From Gemmatimonadaceae bacterium (GTDB taxonomy: Bacteria; Gemmatimonadota; Gemmatimonadetes; Gemmatimonadales; Gemmatimonadaceae): DNA of 64,000 nucleotides. Position numbers and translations under genes: made by a program. Numbering within the stretch: position 1 is the stretch's first letter; every line of letters starts with the position of its first letter. Shown here in pieces: positions 9,117 through 19,580 of this stretch. The notes beneath the pieces are model-generated. The model did no database searches and was not told the DNA's origin. It saw only the letters and a program-made list of their open reading frames with translations. The stretch spans positions 352,001-416,000 of the forward strand of contig JBJMOW010000002.1 of NCBI GenBank assembly GCA_045803545.1, read 5' to 3'.

Positions 9117-10175
9117 GTGAGAAAGGCCAAGCCGGCGAATGAACACCGGCCCGCGAAGATTCTGGTCATCGACGACCAGGAGCAGAACATCAAGCTGCTC
9201 ACGCGCATTCTCGAGAAGGATGGGTACGAGCACGTTCGCTCGACTACGAACGCCGGCGAGGCACTGTCGATCTACAGCGAGTTCAACCCTGATCTCGTCC
9301 TGCTCGACCTTCACATGCGCGAGAAGGATGGGTTCGAGGTGCTGCAGGAAATCGTGTCGCACAACCGCAACTCGCATGTACCTGTCTTGATGATCACCGC
9401 CGACGCCAGCTCCGACGTCAAGCGTCGCGCCCTCGCGCTTGGCGCCAAGGATTTCGTAGGCAAGCCATTCGATTCGGGTGAAGTCCTGCTGCGAATTCGT
9501 AACCTGCTCGAGACGCAGTTCCTTTATCAGCGCCTGCGCGATCAAAACACTGAGCTCGAGCGCAAGGTCGTCGAGCGTACTCGCGAGGTGGAGCAGTCGC
9601 AGCTGGAGGTTCTGGAGAGACTCGCCGTCGCCGTCGAATTCCGCGACGACGACACCGGGAACCACACCAAGCGCGTCGGCGAAGTGTCGGCCATGCTGGC
9701 GCAGACGATCAAATTGGAAACCGCGACGACCGAGCTGATTCGCCGCGCTGCGCCGCTCCACGATATCGGAAAGGTCGGTATTCCGGACAGCATTCTATTG
9801 AAGGCCGGTCCGCTGACTGGTGAAGAGTTCGAACTCATGAAGATGCACACCGTGATTGGCTCGAGAATGCTTTCGAAAGGTCGCTCCGAACTGGTCCGCT
9901 TCTCGCAGCGCATCGCACGCAGTCATCACGAATGGTGGGACGGGTCGGGTTATCCCGATCGCGTGTCGGGGCAGAGCATTCCGCTGGAAGCGAGGATCGT
10001 GGCCGTCGCAGACTTCCTCGACGCGCTCACGCACGAGCGTCCATATCGTCCGGCATGGGGAATAGACGAGACGCTGGCTGAGATACGCCGTCGCTCCGGC
10101 AGCCATTTCGATCCGGCGATCGTAAAGGCGCTCAACGAGATAGACTGGCGCACCAACTCCGTCCTCGTAGCCTAA
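9117..10175 (+). CDS. Response regulator with HD-GYP phosphodiesterase domain (RpfG-like)
   Basis: REC (LVIDD, LLDLHM), HTKRV, LHDIGK, HHEWWDGSGYP, VADFLDAL..RPYR. Confidence 0.93.
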   Translation: MRKAKPANEHRPAKILVIDDQEQNIKLLTRILEKDGYEHVRSTTNAGEALSIYSEFNPDLVLLDLHMREKDGFEVLQEIVSHNRNSHVPVLMITADASSDVKRRALALGAKDFVGKPFDSGEVLLRIRNLLETQFLYQRLRDQNTELERKVVERTREVEQSQLEVLERLAVAVEFRDDDTGNHTKRVGEVSAMLAQTIKLETATTELIRRAAPLHDIGKVGIPDSILLKAGPLTGEEFELMKMHTVIGSRMLSKGRSELVRFSQRIARSHHEWWDGSGYPDRVSGQSIPLEARIVAVADFLDALTHERPYRPAWGIDETLAEIRRRSGSHFDPAIVKALNEIDWRTNSVLVA

Positions 10176-10233
10176 CACGCGCGGCGGGTTTCTTGCCCTA
10201 CACGCCTCCGGAGTTTCTAACTGCGGAGGCGTG

Positions 10234-11073
10234 ATGCTTTGGACACCTGGAGGACGCAGCCCCAACCTCGAAGACAGGCGCTCGATCGGCGGCGGCGGTG
10301 GTATGGGTCGCGGCCTGGGCATCGGGGGAACAGTGGTTGTGCTCGCCCTCAGTCTACTGTTCGGCCGCAATCTCTTTAGCGATCTCGGTGTGCAGCCCGC
10401 GGTTGGCGCCACCAATGCTCCATTCAGCGCGACTGATTCTGCGGCGCAAGAGACAGAAGTGCAGTTCATCTCATTCGTGCTGGATGATGTGCAGAGCACC
10501 TGGGCCAAAACGCTCCCCAACTATGGGGCGAACTTTCACCCCGCGAAGCTGGTTCTGTTTCGCAATTCAACGAGCTCAGGATGCGGAGAGGCTCAATCGG
10601 TGATGGGCCCGTTCTACTGCCCAACGGATGAACGCGTCTATCTCGACCTCGGCTTCTTCGACGAGCTGAAGCAGAAGTTCGGGGCTTCGGGTGATTTCGC
10701 CCAGGCCTATGTGCTCGCACACGAGCTCGGTCACCACGTACAGCATCTGCTCGGTACCGATGCACAAATCAGGCGGCTCCAGGAGCAACGGCCCGACGCG
10801 GCGAACGAGCTGTCGGTGAGATTGGAGCTGCAAGCCGACTGCTACGCCGGAGTTTGGGCGCACTCAACTGATACACGCGGAAAGCTGCAGCAGGGCGACA
10901 TCGACGAAGCTCTAAACGCTGCGTCGTCGGTCGGCGACGATCGAATTCAGCAGCAGCAGACTGGCCGCATCAACGTTGATTCGTTCACTCACGGCTCCGC
11001 GGCGCAACGCTCGGCGTCATTCAGAAAAGGTTTTGACTCGGGCGATCCACGAAGCTGCGATATCAGTTCGTGA
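10234..11073 (+). CDS. ypfJ: YpfJ-family neutral zinc metallopeptidase
   Basis: NLEDRR, TM segment, GPFYCP, AHELGHH, ELQADC, SFTHG. Confidence 0.92.
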   Translation: MLWTPGGRSPNLEDRRSIGGGGGMGRGLGIGGTVVVLALSLLFGRNLFSDLGVQPAVGATNAPFSATDSAAQETEVQFISFVLDDVQSTWAKTLPNYGANFHPAKLVLFRNSTSSGCGEAQSVMGPFYCPTDERVYLDLGFFDELKQKFGASGDFAQAYVLAHELGHHVQHLLGTDAQIRRLQEQRPDAANELSVRLELQADCYAGVWAHSTDTRGKLQQGDIDEALNAASSVGDDRIQQQQTGRINVDSFTHGSAAQRSASFRKGFDSGDPRSCDISS

Positions 11074-11092
11074 GTCGCTGATTCGCACAGAC

Positions 11093-11130
11093 GAAAAGGG
11101 CAACGGTTATCGCCGTTGCCTTTTTGTTTT
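11093..11130. terminator. Bidirectional intrinsic terminator
   Basis: AAAAG-GGCAACGG-TTATCG-CCGTTGCC-TTTTT between convergent genes. Confidence 0.85.
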
Positions 11131-11145
11131 CCACTGCGGCTGCCG

Positions 11146-11685
11146 TTAGAGATACCGTGTTCGCAGCATCTCTCGGTGATGCAGCTCGTGACCGGCGATG
11201 ATGTAGGCGAGGGCCCGAACGGAAACCTCGGCGTTATTTGCGAGGCCGCGGCGTGCCCAGGCTTCGTCTTCGAGGTGGCGGAAGAAATACAATGTCGATC
11301 GGCGAACCGTTTCCAGCTCGGACGCGAGCTCGGATAGTGGATACGAGTTGAATGAGGAGTTGCGGACGTAGTCATCCTGCTCGTACCCGGGCACCGGCGT
11401 CTTATCCCCACGCGCGAAGCGCAGGGCGCGGTAACTGAAAATTTTCTCGGTGTCGATCACGTGACCAACCATCTCGTTCACGCTCCACTTGTCGGGTGCG
11501 TAACGATACGTCGCTGCCGACTCGCTAAGCCCGCGCAATAGACCGAGGGTCTCTCCGATCTGGTTGCTCAGCGTCGAAAGGATATCGCCGTCAGGGACAC
11601 GCTGGATGTATCGACTGTAATAGGCCAGGTATTCGTCAGTCGCTGGGCGAATGGCCCCGGGAGTAGCTACTGCGGTGCTCGTCAT
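11146..11685 (-). CDS. DinB-family protein
   Basis: YRYAPDKWSVNEMVGHVIDTE...IAGHELHH metal-binding His triad. Confidence 0.88.
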   Translation of the reverse strand: MTSTAVATPGAIRPATDEYLAYYSRYIQRVPDGDILSTLSNQIGETLGLLRGLSESAATYRYAPDKWSVNEMVGHVIDTEKIFSYRALRFARGDKTPVPGYEQDDYVRNSSFNSYPLSELASELETVRRSTLYFFRHLEDEAWARRGLANNAEVSVRALAYIIAGHELHHREMLRTRYL

Positions 11686-11758
11686 AAGGAGTCTTCTCGG
11701 ACCGAATGATCTCATCGGAAATAGAACCGGTGCGCGCTCTTTGCGCTACACCGCGCAT

Positions 11759-11787
11759 TTGCCCGATTAGACACCGCCCGATATCAT
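11759..11787 (+). promoter_or_regulatory. Sigma70-type promoter of the MFS gene
   Basis: TTGCCC-N17-TATCAT, followed by a GGAGGA SD. Confidence 0.55.
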
Positions 11788-11813
11788 GCGGCTTCCTCGA
11801 ACAAGTGGGAGGA

Positions 11814-13046
11814 ATGGCAGAGCGACACGACCCGTACGTCTCACTTCGAAATCCGAATTTTCTGTGGTACGTCGCCAGTCTGGTGGCATTGACCCTGGGC
11901 ACCATGATCCAGGCCACGGTGGTTGGCTGGCAGGTGTACGCGCTCACCAAGGATCCTCTTTCCCTCGGTCTGGTCGGGCTGGCTGAGGCGCTGCCGTTCA
12001 TCACTGCCGCGCTCTACGCCGGCCACGTCGCGGATCGCCACGATCGCAAGCGTCTTTCCATGGTCGCGCTCACCGTTCAGCTGGGTTGCGGAATAGCGCT
12101 GCTCGTTCTAACGGTCTACTCCCGCCCATTGCTGACCGGAACCGTCCTTCCGTTCTACGGAATTGTTTGTATCAGCGGACTTGCGCGAAGCTTCTTGCAG
12201 CCAGCGCGCACTGCGCTCGGCGCCGAGATCGTGCCGCGCGAGACATATACCAACGCGATCACCTGGCGATCCTCGCTCTGGCAATTCGCGGCGGTGCTGG
12301 GTCCTGCGGCAGGCGGGATGCTTTACGGGTTTTCCGGACCGCGACTGGCTTATATCGTCGAAGTCGTTCTCTGTGCCCTCGCCGTGATCCTGTTCGGCAG
12401 AATTGCCTACCAGCGGTTGCCGGTCGAGCCGGACAATACAACCATTCGTGAAAATCTCACCGTCGGAATTCGATTCCTGCTCACGCAGCCCGAGCTGCTC
12501 GGCGCGCAGCTGCTCGACTTGTTTTCCGTGCTGTTTGGCGGCGCACCGGCGTTGCTGCCGATCTTCGCTGCCGAAATCCTTCACGTGGGACCCCAGGGAC
12601 TGGGCATTCTGCGCGCGGCGCCGGCAGCGGGCGCAGTCCTGATCTCACTACTCCTCGTTCATCGCCGACTGAGAAATACGGGACCGACGCTCTTTGTCTG
12701 TGTCGCGGCGTTCGGGCTGTGTTGGATCTTGTTTGCATTGTCGCGCTGGTTCTGGATGTCGCTCGCGCTGCTGGTGATCAGCGGAATGGTCGACAACGTC
12801 AGCGTCGTGATTCGCTCGACGCTCCTTACGCTACGAACGCCGCCGCGGCTTCTGGGCAGAGTATCGGCTGCCAATCAAATCTTCATCGGATCTTCGAATG
12901 AGATCGGATCGTTCGAGTCGGGGGTCGCGGCGAAGCTCCTTGGGACCGTCCGTTCGGTGATTTTCGGAGGCGTGGTGACACTCGGAGTCGTCGGCGTTAC
13001 CGCCTGGCGTGTCCCGCGACTTAGGGAATTGGACGAGCTGGCCTGA
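11814..13046 (+). CDS. MFS transporter (EntS/MFS_3-like)
   Basis: About 12 hydrophobic segments; AGHVADRHDRK motif A; SSNEIGSFESG. Confidence 0.9.
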   Translation: MAERHDPYVSLRNPNFLWYVASLVALTLGTMIQATVVGWQVYALTKDPLSLGLVGLAEALPFITAALYAGHVADRHDRKRLSMVALTVQLGCGIALLVLTVYSRPLLTGTVLPFYGIVCISGLARSFLQPARTALGAEIVPRETYTNAITWRSSLWQFAAVLGPAAGGMLYGFSGPRLAYIVEVVLCALAVILFGRIAYQRLPVEPDNTTIRENLTVGIRFLLTQPELLGAQLLDLFSVLFGGAPALLPIFAAEILHVGPQGLGILRAAPAAGAVLISLLLVHRRLRNTGPTLFVCVAAFGLCWILFALSRWFWMSLALLVISGMVDNVSVVIRSTLLTLRTPPRLLGRVSAANQIFIGSSNEIGSFESGVAAKLLGTVRSVIFGGVVTLGVVGVTAWRVPRLRELDELA

Positions 13047-13152
13047 AGATTGGTGCCCTCAACGAAACTCGTTCTGTCGCCGCAGCGTACACGATGCAAA
13101 ATTAGTCTCCTTCCAAAGCGTGTCGCGTGAGTCCAACTCCAGCCGGGTTCTC

Positions 13153-15294
13153 ATGTTGCCTGCGTCGCCGATTATTGATCCGAGAGACCGTGCGCCTTCG
13201 TCCGCCGTACCTGGCTGGACGGCCGAATACGCCGTGCCACTCGGCGGCCCCGGCCACTTATTGCTCGCGACGTTCGAGCAGGCGGCAGTCGGCATCGCAC
13301 ATCTGACTCTCGACGAAGACTGGATTTCCGTCAACCAGCGCTTCTGCGAAATCACCGGATATTCCCGCGAGGAAATCCTCAGGCTGAACGTCGAGGATTT
13401 AACCCACCCGGGCGATGTCGAGCGGAGTCTCGAGTTCATTCGCCGAATCCGTTCGGGCGAGCTGCCTGAATACAGAATCGAAAAGCGCTACATCCGCAAA
13501 GATGGGGAGGTCATCTGGGTGAACCTCACTGTCTCGATCGTACGCTCCGCCCGTCAGGAACCTCTTTATCTGGTCGCGTTCATCGAAGACATCAGCGAAC
13601 GTCGGGTTGCCCAAACGGAGGTGAGTCGCACTCTCTCCCTGTTGCGCGCGACGCTCGAATCGACGGCTGATGGCATTCTCGTCGTCGATCTCGACGGAAA
13701 AATCCTGAGCTTCAATCAGAAGCTTGCCGATATGTGGGGCATCCCTTCAGAGACCTTTGGCGGTGGAGACGATCAGGTTGCCATCAACGCCGCGCTGGAG
13801 AAGCTGACTTACCCCGACGAGTTCGTCGCCAAGGTGATCGAGCTGTACAAGCACCCTGATGAAGCGAGCTACGACGTACTCGAGCTGAAGGATGGTCGGA
13901 CATTCGAGCGGTACTCGCAGCCGCAGCGGATCAACGACGTCCCAGTGGGGCGCGTTTGGAGCTTCCGGGATGTCACTGCGCGCCGGCAGGCGGAGCGGCA
14001 GGCGCACGAGCTCGCCCGCGAACAAGCGGCACGCGCCGAAGCCGAAAACTCTCAGCGCCGGGCGACTCTGTTGGCCGAGGCAAGTCGCGTTTTGAGCGCA
14101 TCGTTTGACTATCAGACAACTCTCGCGGCGCTTGTTCGGCTCGCGGTTCCAGCGATGGCAGACTACTGCGCGCTCGACATTGTCGAAGCGGAGGACCGTT
14201 TCGAGCGGATTGGCGAAGCGCACGCCGACCCGACGAAGTCGCAACTGTTGCGCGAGGTCGCGACATTCCCGCGCAACGCTCTGACCCATCATCACCCGCT
14301 GATCAGAGTCATGACGACCGGCGAGCCAGTGCTGGAGAGGGAAGTGACGCCGGCGTTCATCAGGCTCTCGTTTGCCGAAGAAGGGCAGCGGAAGGTTGTA
14401 GACGCGCTTGGGCCGCGCTCACTGATCTGCGTGCCGATTGCATCGTCCGGTAAGCCACTCGGCGCTCTAACTCTCGTCACTTCCGACACCTCGGGCCGGC
14501 GATTCTCCGTCGCCGATCTCTCGCTGGCCGCGGATCTTGCGCGCCGCGCCGCAATAGTTGTCGATCACGCCCGCCTGTTCCACGAAGCGCAGCAGGCAAC
14601 CAGGGCACGCGACGATGTGCTCGCGGTGGTCGCGCACGACTTGAGAAATCCGCTAAACACAGTCTCGATGGCGGTTAGCCTGATGCTCGAGTCCACGCCG
14701 CTGGATAGGGTGCAGGAGCGCCGGCAAGTCGAGATCGTGCGGCGGGCGGCCGATCGAATGAATCGGATGATCCAGGATCTGCTCGATGTGAAGCGGATGG
14801 AGACTGGTCGCCTGGCAATCGATGCGAAGGCGGAGTCGCCGCTCGGTCTCATCAACGACACCATCGACATGCTGCGTCCGCTGGCGTCGGGCAGCACCAT
14901 TCGCCTCGAGGCCAACATCGAAGAAAGCCTGCCGCACGTGTTGGCTGACTCGGCGCGGATTCAGCAGGTGCTTTCGAATCTCGTCGGGAACGCTGTGAAG
15001 TTCACACCGCGCAACGGACGTATCAGCATCACCGCCGAGCACATCACCGGCGAGGTCAGGTTCGGAGTGATCGATACCGGCGCAGGGATTCCGGCGGAGC
15101 AGTTGCCTCACATCTTCGGCCGATTCTGGCAGGCGAGCGATACGGATCGTCGCGGCATTGGACTGGGACTCGCGATTGCGAAGGGAATCGTAGAAGCACA
15201 TCGCGGCAAAATTTGGGTGGAGAGTCACGTCGGACTCGGCAGCACGTTCTACTTCACCCTGCCCACGGTCGCGGCGTATTCGCCTACGATATAG
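13153..15294 (+). CDS. PAS-PAS-GAF sensor histidine kinase (start uncertain)
   Basis: PAS/PAC motifs, GAF region, AHDLRNPL H-box, NLVGNAVKF, DTGAGI, GIGLGL. Confidence 0.93.
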   Translation: MLPASPIIDPRDRAPSSAVPGWTAEYAVPLGGPGHLLLATFEQAAVGIAHLTLDEDWISVNQRFCEITGYSREEILRLNVEDLTHPGDVERSLEFIRRIRSGELPEYRIEKRYIRKDGEVIWVNLTVSIVRSARQEPLYLVAFIEDISERRVAQTEVSRTLSLLRATLESTADGILVVDLDGKILSFNQKLADMWGIPSETFGGGDDQVAINAALEKLTYPDEFVAKVIELYKHPDEASYDVLELKDGRTFERYSQPQRINDVPVGRVWSFRDVTARRQAERQAHELAREQAARAEAENSQRRATLLAEASRVLSASFDYQTTLAALVRLAVPAMADYCALDIVEAEDRFERIGEAHADPTKSQLLREVATFPRNALTHHHPLIRVMTTGEPVLEREVTPAFIRLSFAEEGQRKVVDALGPRSLICVPIASSGKPLGALTLVTSDTSGRRFSVADLSLAADLARRAAIVVDHARLFHEAQQATRARDDVLAVVAHDLRNPLNTVSMAVSLMLESTPLDRVQERRQVEIVRRAADRMNRMIQDLLDVKRMETGRLAIDAKAESPLGLINDTIDMLRPLASGSTIRLEANIEESLPHVLADSARIQQVLSNLVGNAVKFTPRNGRISITAEHITGEVRFGVIDTGAGIPAEQLPHIFGRFWQASDTDRRGIGLGLAIAKGIVEAHRGKIWVESHVGLGSTFYFTLPTVAAYSPTI

Positions 15295-15562
15295 ACGGCG
15301 CTAACAAGTCAGCTTCGCCGTCGACGTTTTTCCACGACTGGCCGCCTTATGGTGGTGAGGCACTCGGGTGTTATGCAGCATCCACTTGGCCGGGAAGAAG
15401 GGCGCGACCCGCAATAGACGCATTCGGCGGCCCGAAGAGGGCAACAAGCGTTGCCGCCGGGCTCCGTTCTCGTCCATATCGCGACGTCCCGCACCTGCGT
15501 CCTGCGCCGGGACGCAGCACCCTCAGGAGGGAAGGCTGGGACAGTCCGTTGCCCACGAGTAC

Positions 15563-16711
15563 ATGGGATCCGCCGTTGCGGCGGGGCTTCGATACGTCAG
15601 CGACTCGATGCCAGGCATTCGCCGGCATCGGCACGGTCGCGGCTTCACGTATTTAGGTCCCGACGGTGACGTAATTCGCGGACGCGAAGCCCTCAAACGG
15701 TTCAAGTCGCTCGTGATTCCACCGGCGTGGACCGACGTATGGATCTGCGCACACGAGGACGGTCACCTCCAGGTGACTGCTCGTGACGCGCGCGGCCGCA
15801 AACAATACCGATATCATCCCCGATTCCGACAGCACCGTGATGGGACGAAGTTCGAGCGGATGTTCGAGCTGAGTGACGTGCTATGGAAGATTCGTGAGCG
15901 CGTCGAATCCGACATCGAGCTGCCCGGTCTCGCGCGCGACAAGATCATGGCGACGGTGGTCTGGCTGCTCGAGACCACTCTCATTCGCGTCGGTTCGGAC
16001 GAATACCGCAAGTCGAACAAATCCTTCGGCCTGACGACCCTGCGTCGTCGGCACGTCGCCGTCGTCGGCTCGGAGATGCGCTTCGAGTTTCGTGGCAAGA
16101 GCGGAGTACAGCACGCTGTCTCCGTCGCCGACAAGAGAATCGCCCGGATTGTCCAGCGCTGTCAGGAGCTTCGTGGCGAAGAGCTGTTCAAGTACATCGA
16201 CGACGAAGGAAAGCGGCAGACTGTCGACGCCGAAGACGTGAACGCCTATTTGCAGGAAATCACCGGCCGCGAGATCACGGCCAAAGACTTCCGCACCTGG
16301 GCCGGCACCATGCTCGTCGCCGAGACACTGCGCGCGGTTGGCCCTGCCGAAACCAAGCGTGAGGCGGAAAAAAACATCGTCGCCGCCGTCGATGTCACTG
16401 CGAAGAGACTCGGCAACACGCGCAGCGTCTGTCGGAAGTACTACATCCACCCGGCCCTGATCGAGGCCTACCTCGAAGGCTCAGTCCTCCAGCCACTTCC
16501 CGAGCGGAAATGGAACGCGCGTAAGACTCGCGGACCAGTGCTCCGTCAGCACGAGACGGATGTCCTCGCATTCCTGAAAGCGCGGCTCAAGTTGAAGGCG
16601 CAGAAGGTCGCTAATCCAGGTACGGATAGTCAGGATCCGAGAGACGCTCGGCCCTTGCAGCTGCTTCGGGACCCGCAATCTCCCGGGCGAGGTCCAGCAA
16701 CATCGGACTGA
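15563..16711 (+). CDS. Bacterial type IB DNA topoisomerase (start uncertain)
   Basis: IPPAWTDVWI, DARGRKQYRYH, IRVG, FRGKSG, KDFRTW, LGNT..CRKYY catalytic set. Confidence 0.93.
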   Translation: MGSAVAAGLRYVSDSMPGIRRHRHGRGFTYLGPDGDVIRGREALKRFKSLVIPPAWTDVWICAHEDGHLQVTARDARGRKQYRYHPRFRQHRDGTKFERMFELSDVLWKIRERVESDIELPGLARDKIMATVVWLLETTLIRVGSDEYRKSNKSFGLTTLRRRHVAVVGSEMRFEFRGKSGVQHAVSVADKRIARIVQRCQELRGEELFKYIDDEGKRQTVDAEDVNAYLQEITGREITAKDFRTWAGTMLVAETLRAVGPAETKREAEKNIVAAVDVTAKRLGNTRSVCRKYYIHPALIEAYLEGSVLQPLPERKWNARKTRGPVLRQHETDVLAFLKARLKLKAQKVANPGTDSQDPRDARPLQLLRDPQSPGRGPATSD

Positions 16712-17060
16712 GGTGCGATCCGTAGCGTAGCAGGCTCCCGGCGCGTGATCGTCTCGCCAGCAAAAATCCCAGGAAAGGCATGTCGGCCTTGAGCGCGTTG
16801 CACGAGGGGCACGCGAGCACGAGATTGTCGCGCCGATCGTACGCGGTTTTTCCTTTCCGCGGCGTGACGTGATCCATGGTGATCGAGTCGGCCGTCACTC
16901 GGCGCTCACAATAGGCGCAAACCGGCCCGTGCCGATCGAGAAGCCACTGTCTCGTCTGCGTGTACGCGTTCCGACTAGTCGGAAGCGACGTTCGCTGTTG
17001 GGCCGGACGGCGCCGGCCACGCTTACGCGGCCGGCTGCCTCCCTTTCTTGGTCGAGTCAA
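16611..17060 (-). CDS. HNH endonuclease
   Basis: CAYC...TMDHVTP..G...NLVLACPSCNALK; Arg-rich N-terminus. Confidence 0.88.
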   Translation of the reverse strand: MTRPRKGGSRPRKRGRRRPAQQRTSLPTSRNAYTQTRQWLLDRHGPVCAYCERRVTADSITMDHVTPRKGKTAYDRRDNLVLACPSCNALKADMPFLGFLLARRSRAGSLLRYGSHLSPMLLDLAREIAGPEAAARAERLSDPDYPYLD

Positions 17061-17114
17061 TTCGGACGGGTGATTTGACTACGTGCAGCGGCAACGCAAT
17101 GCGCGCGCCGCTGT

Positions 17115-17918
17115 TCAGCCGATCTGGATCTCCGTTGGTACTTCTGGGTTCATCAACGACGCGCCGCCGTCGGCGTAGATGATCTGACCCGTTATCCAAT
17201 CTGCGTCCTTCGAGCAGAACATCCCGACAACCCCTGCCACGTCGGCCGGTGTTCCGAGGCGCCCCATCGGCGTCCAGCCGCGCACGTGCCAGTTCGTGAT
17301 TAACTCCTGTACCTGTTGCGGTAGGGAGTTTAGCACGCTGTCTTCAGTCCAACCTGGGCTGATCGCGTTGACTGTGATGCCTTTCTTGGCCAGCGCGACG
17401 CCGAAGTAACGAACGAGCGACTCGAGTGCAGCCTTCGCGGAACCCATTCCGACCCACGGTTGAAGACCGCCGGTTCGACTGCCCTCGGCGTACGTGATGG
17501 CAAGGATTTTCCCGCCCCTCTTCATCAACGGAATCGCTTCGCGGACGCCAATGAGGAACGCTTTTGCCTGCGAATCGAAGGCAGCGTCCCATTGTTCCAG
17601 GGTTATGTCCATCGGTGCCTGAAAAAACTCCGTTACCTCCGGGCGGGCGTTACTCACGAAGATGTCGAGGGAGCCGAACTCATTGGACACTTTCTCGAAC
17701 ATACACTTGATCTGGTCAGGCTTGGTGACGTCCGCCTGTACGATGAACCCGTCGCCACCGCGAGCGCGAACCTGGTCGAGCGTGTTCTTGGCGGCCGTCT
17801 CGTTCTGCACGTAATGGATGGCGACCTTTGCGCCGCTCTCGGCCAGTTTGAGCGCGATTCCCCGGCCAATCCCCCGTGAACTACCAGTAACGAGTGCGTT
17901 CTTTCCAGTGAGTGCCAT
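17115..17918 (-). CDS. SDR-family oxidoreductase (FabI/FabL-like)
   Basis: TGSSRGIG, MGSAKAALESL, VNAISPG, ITGQIIYADGG; GGAGG SD. Confidence 0.88.
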   Translation of the reverse strand: MALTGKNALVTGSSRGIGRGIALKLAESGAKVAIHYVQNETAAKNTLDQVRARGGDGFIVQADVTKPDQIKCMFEKVSNEFGSLDIFVSNARPEVTEFFQAPMDITLEQWDAAFDSQAKAFLIGVREAIPLMKRGGKILAITYAEGSRTGGLQPWVGMGSAKAALESLVRYFGVALAKKGITVNAISPGWTEDSVLNSLPQQVQELITNWHVRGWTPMGRLGTPADVAGVVGMFCSKDADWITGQIIYADGGASLMNPEVPTEIQIG

Positions 17919-18029
17919 TTCCGCCTCCTTCCTTCGTTGTGTCAGGACCCAGCGCTAAACTGCGACAGATAGAACGCCTTCGCCACAGTCTTTTGTGGAC
18001 AATCACGCGGCCAGTTAGCTTTTCGCAGA

Positions 18030-19580
18030 ATGACAATGAAAGACAAGCTGGAGCTGCTCGAGCGCCGCCGGGCGGAATCCGAGCAGGGCGGTGGGGAAGC
18101 ACGCCTGCATTCGCAACACGAGAAGGGGAAGCTTTCCGCTCGTGAGCGACTCGACCTGCTCCTCGACGAAGGCAGTTTCGTCGAGCTCGATCGATTTGTA
18201 CTGCACCGCTCGACCGACTTCGGTCTGGATCAGCAGAAGTATTACGGTGATGGGGTGATCACCGGGCATGGAAAAATCGACGGACGCCTCGTTTATGTGT
18301 TCTCTCAGGACTTTACCGTATTCGGTGGCTCTCTCTCGGAAGCATTCGCGGAAAAGATCGTCAAGATCATGGATCTGGCGATGCGCAACGGCGCGCCGTT
18401 GATCGGACTCAACGATTCTGGCGGCGCGCGAATTCAGGAAGGCGTCGCGTCTCTTGGCGGTTACGCTGAGATCTTCCTTCGCAACACGCTCGCATCAGGC
18501 GTGATCCCGCAGATCTCTGCCATCCTCGGCCCGTGCGCCGGTGGCGCTGTGTACTCTCCCGCGATCACCGATTTCACCTACATGGTCCGGCACACGTCGT
18601 ACATGTTCGTGACTGGCCCCAACGTCGTTAAGACGGTGACTCATGAAGACGTAACGATGGAGGATCTGGGCGGCGCTGACACCCACGCCGCAAAATCCGG
18701 CGTCGCGCACTTCGTCAGTGATTCGGAACCGGATTGCCTGCAGAGTATTCGCGACCTCTTCCGCTTCATCCCGTCGAACAATTTGTCCGATCCGCCACGT
18801 GGAGCCGGAACAGATCCACGCGACCGGCGCGATGAATCGCTGCTCGATGTCGTGCCGGACAACGCCAACAAGCCGTACGATATGCACGACGTGATCAAAC
18901 GCGTCGTCGACGACGGCGATTTCTACGGAGTTCAGCGCGAGTACGCCGAGAATATCATTTGCGGTTTCGCGCACCTCGGCGGTTTCAGTGTCGGAATCGT
19001 GGCCAATCAGCCAGCGATCCTCGCCGGCGTGCTCGATATCAATGCTTCACTCAAAGCGGCGCGATTTATCCGGTTCTGCGATGCGTTCAACATTCCACTC
19101 GTAACGTTTGAGGACGTTCCGGGTTTTCTGCCCGGCGTGGCGCAGGAGCATGGCGGGATCATCAAGCACGGTGCGAAGCTGCTCTATGCGTACTGCGAAG
19201 CAACGGTCCCGAAGCTCACCGTCATCACCCGTAAAGCATACGGCGGAGCGTATGACGTTATGAGCTCGAAGCATATCCGGGGTGACTTCAACGTCGCGTG
19301 GCCCTCCGCTGAGATCGCGGTGATGGGCCCCAAAGGCGCCGTCGAGATTCTCTTCAGGAAGGAGATCATGGAGAGCTCCGATCCCGCCGCCGCGACCGAT
19401 GCCAAGATCGAGGAGTATCGCGAGAAGTTCGCGCATCCCTACGTCGCCGCAGCCCGCGGATATCTCGACGACATCATCGATCCACGCAACACCAGACCGG
19501 CGTTGATCGACGCACTCGAGACACTCCGCACCAAGCGCGATAAAAATCCGCCGAAAAAACACGGCAACATCCCGCTGTAG
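18030..19580 (+). CDS. pccB: Acyl-CoA (propionyl-CoA) carboxylase carboxyltransferase subunit
   Basis: [46 protein letters not shown]. Confidence 0.93.
   Translation: MTMKDKLELLERRRAESEQGGGEARLHSQHEKGKLSARERLDLLLDEGSFVELDRFVLHRSTDFGLDQQKYYGDGVITGHGKIDGRLVYVFSQDFTVFGGSLSEAFAEKIVKIMDLAMRNGAPLIGLNDSGGARIQEGVASLGGYAEIFLRNTLASGVIPQISAILGPCAGGAVYSPAITDFTYMVRHTSYMFVTGPNVVKTVTHEDVTMEDLGGADTHAAKSGVAHFVSDSEPDCLQSIRDLFRFIPSNNLSDPPRGAGTDPRDRRDESLLDVVPDNANKPYDMHDVIKRVVDDGDFYGVQREYAENIICGFAHLGGFSVGIVANQPAILAGVLDINASLKAARFIRFCDAFNIPLVTFEDVPGFLPGVAQEHGGIIKHGAKLLYAYCEATVPKLTVITRKAYGGAYDVMSSKHIRGDFNVAWPSAEIAVMGPKGAVEILFRKEIMESSDPAAATDAKIEEYREKFAHPYVAAARGYLDDIIDPRNTRPALIDALETLRTKRDKNPPKKHGNIPL

Noticed and set aside
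15563..16711. Tyrosine recombinase / mobile element interpretation
   Set aside because: Motifs match TopIB; no att sites, terminal repeats or cargo seen.
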